The position numbers and the translations under genes are program-made. A DNA stretch of 63,156 nucleotides, counting the filler, from Folioceros fuciformis (lineage: Eukaryota): the NCBI GenBank assembly GCA_049999805.1. It is 3 parts of 3 records of this genome, joined end to end, with 100 filler letters (N's around TTAATTAATTAA, not from the genome) between each part and the next. Parts side by side here need not be neighbours in the genome. Positions count along the whole stretch, not along the records: positions 1 to 27,826 come from JBNGIO010005745.1; 2 more parts are not named here. One strand, given 5' to 3'. Shown piece after piece: positions 1-11,388 of the stretch (its first letter is position 1; each line of letters begins with the position of its first letter). The notes under the pieces were generated by a model, which was not told the DNA's origin, searched no databases, and saw nothing but the letters and a program-made list of their open reading frames with translations.

Positions 1-672
1 GGAACCCACTTGAGTATTGTTGGAGGTCCGCGCCATAGTTGATAGAAGAAAACCCCAAGAATGTCGGTTGCCCTCCTTTACGCAAGGTTATACCCCTACC
101 TCCGTAGGCAGCTGCTCCCAGCTTTTGTGCAGCTGATTTCACGTCCCTTGCACGTTTCTCCCTTTGGTTCTCAACACAGCAAAGCCCTTTCTCTCTCTTT
201 GAGTCCGCTTGGTCACAACAAGTAGGTCCCCGGCGTAGGTGTCTTGTCGCACAACTACTTCCTTATTCCCCGCTATGTAGGTAGATATAGTTCCCTATGT
301 GGAGGTGAGCACCCTTCGTTGATGGGACACCTTAGGTAGGGACCCCTTTAAATACCCTCTTGTCGTAGGTATACTTCTATATGTAGTAACTGCCCTTAAT
401 AGATACCCTACATAGGTGTCCCCTTTTCTGTAAGTAGCTTGCCCTTCACAACTATATTTCTTATTTGGGTACTACCTCCCACAGAGATATCCTCCCTACG
501 TGGGCATACCTCCCTATAGGTAGCCATCCCAAAGAAGGTAACTTCTTTATAATACTACCCCTTATTATCGCCACTCATCTAACCTACTAAACCAAGACCA
601 AACAAAACTGAAAATGTTATTAGTCGCTCCCTACCTACTGCGGGTATTTACCAAAAACCCGCATTCCACAGC

Positions 673-2460
673 ATGGCAGTAACAGCCCTATTGGACAGTG
701 GAGCCAGCCACCACTATATCTCTGAGGTGGCCGCCCACAAGGCGGACCTACACATACAGGACTCGGGTCAGCTGTCCACAGTCGTGATAGCACTGGGCAG
801 GAAGGACACCAGTGCGGAGAAGTGGGTAGAAGCCCAACTTACCTTCCCAGGAGGATAAACGGAGGAGTTGAAACTGATAGTGATGCCCAGCCTTGCCCAT
901 GATGTGATAGTAGGAAAACCCTGGCTAGCAGACCATTCCAAACACCTCCAGATAGATTGGTTGAACAACGTGGTCAACCTGCGAGTGGACCACCAGCAGT
1001 ATGAGTTAGTGGGGGAGGCACACCTCCTAGACAAACACTTGTTTGCAGTGTCCGCGTTACATAAAGCAATTGCCCGTGGCAGCTTCCTATACATAGCTAA
1101 ACTGAAGAAGGTCACCCCGTTGGAAGGCACTGCAGAAACGCGAGCGGAACTATGCAGTCCATGACAAGGTTAACTATGCAGTCCATGACAAGGAAATGTT
1201 AGCTATTGTCCATGCTCTCAAAGCATGGCGCCACTACTTGCTTGGACAAAAGTTCATAGTGCACACTGACCACCATTCCCTCCAACACTTTTTCACCCAG
1301 CCGAATTTGAACACTAGACAGAGGAGGTGGTCAGAATACTTAGCCGATTTCAACTTCGACATCAAATATGTCACAGGACCCTCGAATGCAGTGGTAGATG
1401 CTCTCAGCCGCCGAGCCCTCACTTTGATGTCCTCCCAACTGGACACCATCCGAGCAGTTCAAACAGCTATCCCTGAAGATCCACACCTGCAGGAGATTTA
1501 CCAACAGTTAGTCCAAGATGCAGCAGGGGGAGTACCCACAGCCTTAATGCAAACTTACCAACTTAAGGATGCATGTGTATCCAGAAAAGGCCGATTGGTG
1601 ATTCCCTAGCACTTGAAGGACATCCAGCACAACATCCTACACGATTTGCATGACTCCCCCATCTTGGGACAATTGGGCATTGATAGGACCTATGAATGGG
1701 TGAAGACCCACTTCCACTGGGAGGGCCTGCGCAGTGACTGTATAGAATGGGTAAGGAGCTGGATGTCGTGTCAACAAGAAAAACCTGAACATCAGAAGAC
1801 ACCAGGACTCCTATTACCTCTACAAGTGCCTGAAGGTCGGTTCCAATCCATCTCCATGGACTTTGTGACCGCTTTGCCACGCACCTGCACTGGGAAGGAC
1901 AGTATCTGGGTAATTATGGACAGGTTGTCTAAATGCTGCCACTTCATCCCAGTGAACTCCAACATTACAACACCTAAGTTGGCCAGCATCTTCACCAAGG
2001 AAATCTTTAGACTCCATGGCTGCCCTTAGAATATCGTCTCCGACCGAGACCCTAAATTCACAGTAGGGTTCTGGCGAACCTTCACTGAGACCTTGGGCAT
2101 CCAGCAGAGCTTGTCCTCCGCATGTCACCCAGAGTCAGATGGTCAGACCGAGCGCCAAATCCAAGTATTGGAGGACATGCTACGACATTACACTCACGAC
2201 AAGCAGAACAGGTGGGAGGACCTCTTACCGCTCTTGGAGTATGCTTACAACAGCTCCAAGCATGCAGCCACTAGAGTGTCCCCCTTCAAGTTGCTTTATG
2301 GAGAGAACCCTCCACCACCAGGACTGTGACCCCCAGTGACACCAAGTGGAGGAGTGCAGCAGAAGTCACTGAAGACATATGGCAAGAAATCCAACAGGCC
2401 AAGCAACGACTCCTGTCAGCTCAGGACAGGGCGAAGAAATCCAGCAACAAGCATCGGCGA
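673..2460 (+). mobile_element. Degenerate Ty3/Gypsy LTR-retrotransposon pol remnant (protease, RNase H, integrase; RT absent)
   Basis: LLDSGASHHY aspartic protease motif; [31 protein letters not shown]..RQRRW RNase H; ISMDFVTALP..DRLSK..SDRDPKF..HPESDGQTER integrase core. Gypsy domain order; several stops and frameshifts. Confidence 0.93.
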
Positions 2461-2661
2461 GATATCTCGTATGCGGTTGGACAATAAACCGAGATCAATG
2501 TACTCGTCGCTTCACAAATAAATCCTTCTTACAGACGGACACTTTCGAAACTTTGACTCTAATTACAAAATAGGTGTAGATGTGACAATAATGAGCATCT
2601 TGGCATTCATGTATGTATTATTTGTTGTAGGTTTCAGAACATTCACTCATGACCATGGTGG

Positions 2662-2920
2662 TGTAGGGTGATTAAAGCCCAATGTGTTTAGTCTAAGATT
2701 AATGTCTAGTTAAGTATCATTAGTTTAGATTAGCTTAAGCTAATCTGTAGGAAGCTTCTTGCGCAGCTTCCTGTGCGCTTCTTGTGAAGCTTCCTAGGAA
2801 GCTCTTCTAGAGGGTATAAATACCCCCTTGAGCTCCCTTGCATATTAAGACTCATTGTGAGAGTGTGACCTCTCTTTCTCCTCTCCTCCTTCACCGTGTA
2901 GCTCTTGGAGCGATCCTTCA
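2662..2920 (+). mobile_element. Solo LTR of the Copia family whose 3' LTR lies at 62672-62962
   Basis: TG...CA termini, internal TATAAATA, near-colinear similarity to 62672-62962; flanks GGTGG/AGTGG (4 of 5 TSD match). Confidence 0.85.
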
Positions 2921-3349
2921 AGTGGAACAACGCACATCACATTAGAGCACCATGGACCACTGGATCACTAACATTGTGGTTTAACTTCTTACAAACATGG
3001 CATAAGGAAACCTTGTGGCCAAACTCCTTACACACCTAGCAAAAGGGAACGTGGTGGCTGAACTTCGTACACACTTAACAAAAGGTAACATACGTTTTCT
3101 ACCTTTTTGGCTAAGGGCAGTTGGAGGCTTAGTGCCTTGGCCTGTTGCCATTAAAACAACCTCCTACTGGGATTAACATCAATTATTAGGACGAAGCAAA
3201 CCTCCATTGCCCTAGTAAGGTTGGTCGTACACTATGGAATTAATAAATTGGGACTATTTGAAGTCTCTCTCTGTGTACAGTCGGCCGAAGTTGTTACAAT
3301 TATTGTTATTATTAATTTTTAATGTTTGATTTGCTCTTTAATTTTTTAT

Positions 3350-3621
3350 TGTAGAAGTGGCAAGGCCAAAGTCTATTGCGGTAGCCATTAACCAAGTCTT
3401 AGAGCTTGTGAAAGAAGCTGAACTGCTTATAGGTCTAAAAGGGAAGGATCGTTATCGAAGAAAACTCTGGAGAGGACTTCGACTAGGGTGTGCATGACCA
3501 GAGGAGTTATGTCAGATTGACAACTAAAGGGTATAAATACTCTCTTGAGCTCCGTTGCAAAGAGATAGACCTTGCTTTCTCCTCTCCTCCTTCATCATGT
3601 GGCTCCCCTAACGATCCTTCA
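3350..3621 (+). mobile_element. Diverged LTR related to the same Copia family
   Basis: The 3' half (GGGTATAAATAC..CTTGAGCTCC..CTCTCCTCCTTCA..CGATCCTTCA) matches 2662-2920. The 5' boundary is guessed at a TG and no TSD is visible. Confidence 0.6.
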
Positions 3622-3639
3622 GTAGACCCTCGTGCTAAA

Positions 3640-4400
3640 TTCCTTTATTGACAAGTAGGCCCGAGCACGCCTTGGATCTTGTTCGGGGAAGGGCGCTGGC
3701 TCTTGGCTGTTGGCCCGTCCATGCATCTAGGCTTTCCGAATCGCACCAGCTTCTTTCTCTACCTCGATGAGGTTTCACCTTGGCTTGGTTGTTGGCTTGG
3801 TCTCTCTCTTTTGTTAGCTGTAGGGTCCTCCTCAACGACCCTGGGAGCCACCTAGCACTTTGTCGTATCAGCAGGCAACGCATCGCCATTCATCATGTAG
3901 TGAGGGACGTTATGTTTTCTTTGGCCAAAGAGGCGGTTTCTTCTCCTATAAGGACTGCCCATATACCCTACTCAACGGCGTCTTCCTCATTGCAAACCTT
4001 TGTCTAACCAAGGGGGACCAGGTTTATATAGCGGATGTGGTTGTCATATACCCCACTCGGACAAACATCAGTGAGCACGTTGTTATCAACCCTTCAGGTT
4101 GGGCAGTAGAAGGAAGCGCGACAAGGAAGACTTGCAAGTATAGGCCCATGTAGTAGGGTTATTTGTTCATCCCCCTTGCTATTGAAATGCATGGGGCTAT
4201 GGGTAAGGATTTTTCTAGTTTTTTTAAAGACCTACACGAAGGCCCATCACATGGGTAGGTGCGGAGTAGGGCTTCCCCTATTCGGCATGGTAGCATTTAG
4301 TACAAAAGGCCTTGGTAAATGCTATTTTTTGGACAACATGAAGCGCGGCAGATGCGGCTTTAGCGGCCCCAGTGGTAAGCATGCCATACCTTCTACTTGA
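3640..4400 (+). mobile_element. Decayed 3' fragment of a non-LTR retrotransposon with a restriction-like endonuclease (CRE/NeSL-like)
   Basis: Translated pieces SC..NDPGSHLALC..RIAIHHVVRDV (knuckle plus RH-like motif), IADVVV.YP, RKTCKY and FIPLAIEMHGAMG fit the RLE C-terminal pattern; frameshifted. Confidence 0.6.
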
Positions 4401-5471
4401 ATACGACATCTTGGGGGCGGTAGGGAGTTATAGGCTAGGTGGACAAGAGGGCTAGGCCCCTCATTCTTGGTTTTTTCCCATTGCGGGTTGTTCTCTTTAT
4501 CACGGGGTAGATGGAATTCAATTTTATATATATATAAATTCTTCATAGATTCTTAGGGTCTCTTATTTCCTGATATTTTAGTTATTTATCCTTTTATACT
4601 TGATATACATATAAGAAAAACTATGTGTACTCTATAGGGTTCCACTACTTGGTCATGGCAACATCAACTCCAAGAGTGTGTAGTGGATGACGAGAGTGGC
4701 TTGCTCGTTGTCAATTACTACATATCCTCTTCTACTTAATCCCAGTGGTAGATAGACTCTTTTTCTTCCCATATTATGATGTTTTAGGTGCATTGGTAGT
4801 CATTAGGCTTCAGGGGGTTAGTCCTATAGGGTTTCTATCATGGTTTATCTTCCTCTTTAAGGGTAGATGGGTTTCTCCATCTTATTTTTGAATCACATAA
4901 ATCACCGTCCTTCAATTTACAAGGGCAATCGGACTTGTAAGTACATGGACTAGTACATGTTGTTTTTTCTTTGTAATAGTTCTTGTCCTACATGGTTATT
5001 TTGTGCTCTTAAAGTTATTCAATGCTAGGAAACGATAGGATAAGTAGGTTTGAGGTTAGTGATAATCATACCTACTGTCATGTATGATAATCATATATAG
5101 AGACTTGTGGTATACATTTAAATACATATGACTCTTGGTCTATTTTTAGCTCTGAATCGATATAGTCTCCTTCGGCCAGATATTAAGGGCCATTCTTAGA
5201 CTTCTCTACCCCATCTCCTAGTATTGGGTGCTGTTCGTAGTTTCTAATATGCTTTAACTTAACTAATTAAGTATAAAATTTAATTAGTTCCTTAAACTTA
5301 ATTTTAGATCAAGCTCGCTAAGGCGATGCGCTTTCGTGTCTATATCTGTGTCCGTGATCCGATACCTTCTTCACGACGCTGTCGAGTGGGAACCCTAGGC
5401 TCAGTCCATCAGGGGCTAGAATCTTATCGGGTTTGCACAATTTTGATAGCGTCTTTGTGCGGGTGGCGAAG

Positions 5472-6353
5472 ATGAGTCGGGATGGAATGCTTCAAAGCGT
5501 GGAGGAGTTGCAGGCGAATCTGGACACGTTTCAAGCGCAGCTGGACCAAGTGAAAGAGATCCTTCACGAGGATCCTGAAAATGGCGAGTACAAGGAAATG
5601 GCCAAGGAGCTCGAGGAGATGATAGAGCTCACACGGGATTTACTTCATTCCTCCACACGGCAAGGCGGGGAGGAGCCCGATGAGGAAGTGCCGGGCTCTC
5701 ACCAGCGGTATGCGGGAGGTGCGTTGCAGAAGTTGCTGTCACCAGGGGAGAAGGTGCAGGCTCGGTGGAGCGAGGACGGCGAGTGGTACAACGCCACTGT
5801 GGAGGCGGTGACGGAGAGTGGCTACAGAGTGTTGTATGATGTATGGGGCAACTGCGAGGAAGTTGATGACTCCCAGGTAAGGGAATTGAGAGTGGCGGAA
5901 AATGAGGGCAATGGCGAAACCGATACCCTGGTGGACGCTGAAAGAGAAGCGGAGGCCACTCGGCAAGCCATTAAGCGGAAAATCGCTCATGCTGCTGACA
6001 TGGAAATTATGCCCAGGGACTTGCCACCCAAATTGCGCGTTTTGCCCGAGGATTCTGAGGAGGTGAAGGCGGCGAAGAGGAAGAAGATTCATGCTTTCAA
6101 GTCCAAGCAGAGGATAGAGCAGATGGAGTTAACGCAGAATAAGCGACAGAATGCTTGGCATCAGTTTCAAACTGCTAAAGGCAAGTCGAAGAAGATTGGT
6201 TTTTTCACGGGCAGAAAGAGGGAAAGCATATTCAAGTCCCCGGATGACCCCAAGGGCAAAGTTGGAGTGACTGGTAGCGGCAAGGGAATCACTGAGTTTC
6301 AGAAGCGGGAAAAGCACCTGCACATGAAAATAGGTGTTGAAGATTGGCAATGA
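5472..6353 (+). CDS. SPF30: Survival of motor neuron-related splicing factor 30 (Tudor domain), intronless CDS
   Basis: N-terminal helix (LQANLDTFQAQLDQV..DPENGEY), Tudor domain (GEKVQARWSEDGEWYNATV..YRVLYDVWGNCEEV), conserved C-terminus QNAWHQF..SIFKSPDDPKGKVGVTGSGKG. First ATG at 5472. Confidence 0.95.
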   Translation: MSRDGMLQSVEELQANLDTFQAQLDQVKEILHEDPENGEYKEMAKELEEMIELTRDLLHSSTRQGGEEPDEEVPGSHQRYAGGALQKLLSPGEKVQARWSEDGEWYNATVEAVTESGYRVLYDVWGNCEEVDDSQVRELRVAENEGNGETDTLVDAEREAEATRQAIKRKIAHAADMEIMPRDLPPKLRVLPEDSEEVKAAKRKKIHAFKSKQRIEQMELTQNKRQNAWHQFQTAKGKSKKIGFFTGRKRESIFKSPDDPKGKVGVTGSGKGITEFQKREKHLHMKIGVEDWQ

Positions 6354-8687
6354 TTGCTTATATTTTGGGCCACCAACTCTCTTTGCACAGCCGGATATAG
6401 ATTCATCCATTTTGCTATGGGTTGTGGTGGCTCTGGGCAGGTGTGATGATGTTTTTACGGTTGAAAGATCCAAGGAAGGGTGCTGATTACATCTTTGTGA
6501 GAGAGGCTGCTATATTTTCTCGACAATTCTACCAGATCTGAGCTGGCTTAGTGCTACACAATCCTATGCAGTGGCATTTAAATTCAGGTTCCTCAGGTAC
6601 TCAAACAGTTGTCCGAGAAGAGTGCTTCCCGTGTTGTAGGATGTGCCTCTTAGAGGTTTGGAAAATGGTGGGTGCAGCTTTGATGAAGCACGTTGTAGTC
6701 GTTCAGTTAGTTTCACAAACGTTTTTTCTGCTCAGTGAAACCTGTGCTGTATGATATTCATGTAATGAAGTCTAACCCTGACACTGAACACATTCAGTAT
6801 GCGTGTGAATGCTCTATCTGGATGGCTTCCTTCCTGTGCTTGTTCTGTACTCTTGTACTGGAATTGTTAACCCTGTCTTGAACAGCGATCGCATTAGACG
6901 TATCTCCCATAGATTGGCAATCTGTGAATTAGAGTTCCTAGTTGGCAGAGCCTTATAACCAGAATGAGTCTCCCAATTGTGCAGCGGATCAACGAAGCTC
7001 CGAGGAGCTTTGTGAGGAACTGCTACATGTGTATCGTGTGAGGCAGCACTGCACTTCTCGAAAGAGTAAGCCAAGAGACTTGCTAGAAAGGTATTCGAGC
7101 AGAGGTAATGTTTGGTGGAGTTGTTTTCTCCATGCACATAGGTGACGGGACTCGTCCTTGTGTAGCCGAGTTTCCATTTCGGGGAGGTTGTGTTCTCTGC
7201 TGAACACGAAGTTTTTCATGTTTCTGATATTGCAGATAAACCAAAATGTTTCCTGCAAGAGCCTCACCTAGTGGAGGATTCCCTTTGTTACCCGTTCAAA
7301 GCCACTTGAAAGACTGAAGCCTGTCTACGAAGGGTGATAAAAGGATTTCGTGGCAGTCAGCCCAGTGATCGGTAGTGCGTATGCTGTTTTTCATTTAAGG
7401 ATAGCATGGGTGCGGCTGCCTGAATCCCCCTTTCCAAGGTTCTGTTCGTAGTCCAAGCCTGGGCGGGTGAAAGTCATCTGTTGCTTTTTACCGTCAACGT
7501 GAAATTTCCCGACTGGAGTCATGTGTGTACCTCTATGTGTGATCGCTAAACTCGTTGTCCTAATTTACCGTATTCATGGCTCTTGGACGGTTAACCCTTG
7601 AGGTTGAACATGGAGATTTATCTGCAAGTGCAGAGCGAAAAGTGCCCTGTGTGCCCTGGTGTCGGGGAACCAGATCTACTGTTAAACCCAAACTGACAAA
7701 GCTGGTGATCGTTATCTTCGTGGATTTCCAGGAAGAATGCTGAATATAACGAAAAGGGGGTAAGTGATTTTTTTTCTATGCTTTATTTTTTTCCGCTTTT
7801 TTAGTACGCTCATGTCACAACCGCTAGCTGCATCGGCTGTTGCTTTGCTACTGCAGACGAAAATTGAAATTTGCGTTCTTTTGACCCCAATTGGTTAAAA
7901 TTGGGGCACAAGAGGTGTCGTACGCACACCTGGGCTTAGAGAACTTGGCTAGGGAAGAACCTTTTCCTCTAGCCGCGGGTTGTGAAACCTCAAGATAGAA
8001 GGCAAAGCGGGGCCAACTGCCAGGCGGTGCCGCGCTGATGCCCATGGCCGGCTCCCTCCGGGCATGCTGTCTTGAAGGTCATGTATGTACGTAACCCTAG
8101 CAAAGATAATCGAAGACGAAGGTCTGAGTTTTAGTGAAGTTCAATTCGAAGGGTGTACGTGTTCTTGATGGGGAAATTCCCGCTGTCTGGATGGTTGTGC
8201 CTCGCCTCAAATCTGTGACGTTTAATCTCCGATCTTACACTCCGATGACGACAGTCCCGTCCGTATTGGTACCCTTTCTTCAGCGTGGACTGGGCCAATT
8301 CCAGTTTGCACTGCCAGTTCTTTTTCGCCTGGAACTCGAACAGTTACTGTTCTCGGCGTTTCTCTGTCGTTGTCGGTGTCCAGCCATCGCGGGCGTCGAA
8401 TAGGTCCCATCATTCATGGCTGCCCCGGCGCAGCTGCTGTGCATATATGCACATTGCTGAGCATCAAACATCTAAATCTGGATTCTCTGTATCGCATCTT
8501 GTGGTGAACGAGGCGACCTGTCCATCCTGTACGTTTGTCATCCAACCGCCGGGTCTACAATCATCTTGTAACTTTGAGGTGCGGGACCTGCGTCGTGTGA
8601 TACACACAGACTGCCCATTGCAAGGTCGTGCAGGCGGTCAAGCTATGTGGAAGCCGTTCGTGTGAGTGAGGTCATGGTGTCGCGTGA

Positions 8688-10718
8688 TCACCCATGATTG
8701 GTCTTCACTGATGAGTGTAGGTAAAGTTGTGGTACAGAAGCCCTGGCTTGAGCTATGGCCTCTGAGAGGGTCTCATCGGGCTCCACGTACAGCTTGGCGT
8801 ACTTGGGGTTCCTGTGCTGGTCCGGGAAGCTGGAGACATTCCAGGTCTCGGTGCAAAGGCGTAATTTTCTGGAAAACGCTCCTCTGAAGTGATGCACTCT
8901 CACCACGGATGCATTGAGATGCAACTCGGCTTTCATAGGCGTCACAGGATGGTGGACGGCCGCCGCGGTTACCTTGAGCGGGTCCAAGGCCATTTTGCGG
9001 CGGCCCCATTGCCCAGGACACAGCCACGAAGAGTACTCTTCGGGTTTCCTGTTCAAACATGCCACAAGAGTGCCGTCAACCATCTTCCTCAGTTGTCCTG
9101 CTCAAGAGAGTGCGTCACAATTGTCGTGCTCATTGGAAAGCCCTGGCTGAAGTAAGTTCAAGCCCTTACTTGCATTCAGGTCCAGGTTGTTTCTTGAAAA
9201 CCATGCGTTGGATCGGCCATTCATCGGAGCTCCTTTCGGGCCTGCAGTGAGACGTTCCTACCGGCCAGCTTCCCAAGGTAATGCCAGTTGCATTTCCGGG
9301 AAGGTTCTCAAAGATAGCTGACAGCGTGAGGGGTGGTTGCAAGTAGATGAATTCGTCGAAGTCGAAGAAGAAAGCCCAGTTGGCAAGGAAGCGACTTCGA
9401 TGAAGGCAATCGTTGATGAACAGTACCTGCAGACAGGCCCACCAAGAACACTCGGTGACAGGTGCAAACATAACCAGCAAAGGCAAGTAATGCCGACACT
9501 CGGGCCCGTGCTCGTAGAGAAAATATATCAAAGAAGCTCAGCCTGGTTGAGTACTCGTGCAAGTCGAGCGGTACCTGGGAGTGGTACCAACTGGGATACA
9601 AGTGCTCGTCAGTCACGTTGGTGATCGTCAGAAATCCTCCTGACATATATGGCTCCAAGAGCCTCAGACCCTCCTCTGTGAGGCCTCCCACATTGTAGAA
9701 AAAGAAGTGAGCCCTCCCTTCCATGAGGTAAAGGTGATACGTGAGCCACTGCTGCAGCAGCTCATGGCTCACATTTCCTGCGATGGGGGCGCTGCAGAAG
9801 GAATACTTGAACGGGGGAGGCCCTGCCGCGCGACCAGCGAAGCTGCTGTTCGCTTCTTCTTGCAGCGCAAGCACCTCCTGAACCTGACCGCATAGCAAGC
9901 AGAGAGGGTGCAGTAAGTGGTACAGCCAACTTCAACATATCTATCTGTGCACCAGACTAAGTACTTCTCCAATCCACATTGCTTGGCCACACAAGTTGCG
10001 ATTGTGGATTGGCAATCGAGCTTGCTGTGATATCAGCGAATTGTACATACCGCTCCGGCAGGGGGGGCGGAGGATACGGACAAATAGAGCCGGCCTCCGA
10101 GAGAATCATCTCCAACCTGCTGACGAAAATTGCATCCCACCACCAGTACGCCATAGGCAACATCGTGCTCGTCGTACTTGATGTGGCGCAGCTCAGCGGT
10201 GGTCGTGATGTTGGAACCGTCGTGCGATTCATCGCCAGGACGCCAAACGCAGTCGTAGATGGGCTTGTCAAACCTATTCGCAATCCGCGAATACAGCCCA
10301 ATGACAAAGAAGGAGGCGAGGGATTCCCTGAAGGAGCACAGATCGACCGGAATCGGTCAGCCCGTGCCCGTCGCTTGCACGTACACGTGTAGTAGTAGCA
10401 CAGCAGCAGGGGAGGAGTGAGGACGTACAGCTCTCACCTGTAGGCGCTGTAGCGCACGAAATAGTAATGCGGCTGGCCCAGGGACATCAGCTGCCTTTGC
10501 TCAGGAAGCCTCAGACCGGGAGCATCAATCACGGGGTCGTGGGCAAGAAGCGCAGCGCTCGGCTGCGGCAATTCGAAGCCCAGGAACAGAGCCGCGACGG
10601 CATCGGTGAAGCGCACCGGGTGGGGCTGCTGGTACAGCCCCAACAATGCTGCCGAGACTTGCAGTGCCGCAACCACGACCGTGACCCTCACCACCTGCTG
10701 CATCCTGCCGCTCGTCAT
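8688..10718 (-). CDS. Glycosyltransferase family 92 (DUF23/GALS-like), multi-exon, type II membrane protein
   Basis: N-terminal hydrophobic anchor; YSFCSAPI..QWLTYHLY..HFFFYNVGG; INDCLHRSRFLANWAFFFDFDEFIY (DxD motif); HHFRG. GT-AG introns join the ORF pieces. Start codon approximate. Confidence 0.85.
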
Positions 10719-11342
10719 GGTATGCGAGGTGCCCCAGAATTGTGCTCCACACCTCGACGCTTCAGTCCGTGGGAGGTACCGGACCCGGTTGTTCTCCGCA
10801 GGCCTGACCCGGTGCCAGCAGCTGGACACTCAGATTCCAAGGGCACGGAAACTCGTCTTTCGCCCGTCCTTGGTTGCAATCATGTGGCCGACAGCTGGCC
10901 AGCACTGCGATGACAGCTTTTCAAGTGTTGAAGTGTTGCTTGTGAGAGCGTAGGCACAGCCAGGGGAGGAGAGGGAGGAGCCACTGTAGCATCACCTCGC
11001 CTTCCTTTCGATCTTCCCAGGTCAACCAAAGGAACTTTGTGAAGCTCGCCTAAGACAGCAAAAATTTCCTCTCCGGCCGCTGCCCGCCTCTCTTATATAT
11101 ATGTCTGTATATGACGCTTGCACCGTGTCACCACGTGATTTACGACTACATCGTACGATAGGAGAAGCGACGCCCACGCCCACGCCCACGGCGACGCCGA
11201 CACCCACCAAGTGCGCTGCTCTGTTTTGTTTGCCAAACCGTTTTGTACATTTTAACAACAGTACCATACTTCATCAAGCGACTAACGTACTGTGCTGTAC
11301 ATTTAAGTCACACTGACAAATGATTTGCGTATTTATTTGGCA

Positions 11343-11388
11343 CATGCTCATGCTCATGCTCATGCTCATGCTCATGCTCATGCTCATG
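11343..11388. repeat. (CATGCT)n microsatellite, about 7 copies
   Basis: Directly visible tandem hexamer. Confidence 0.95.
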
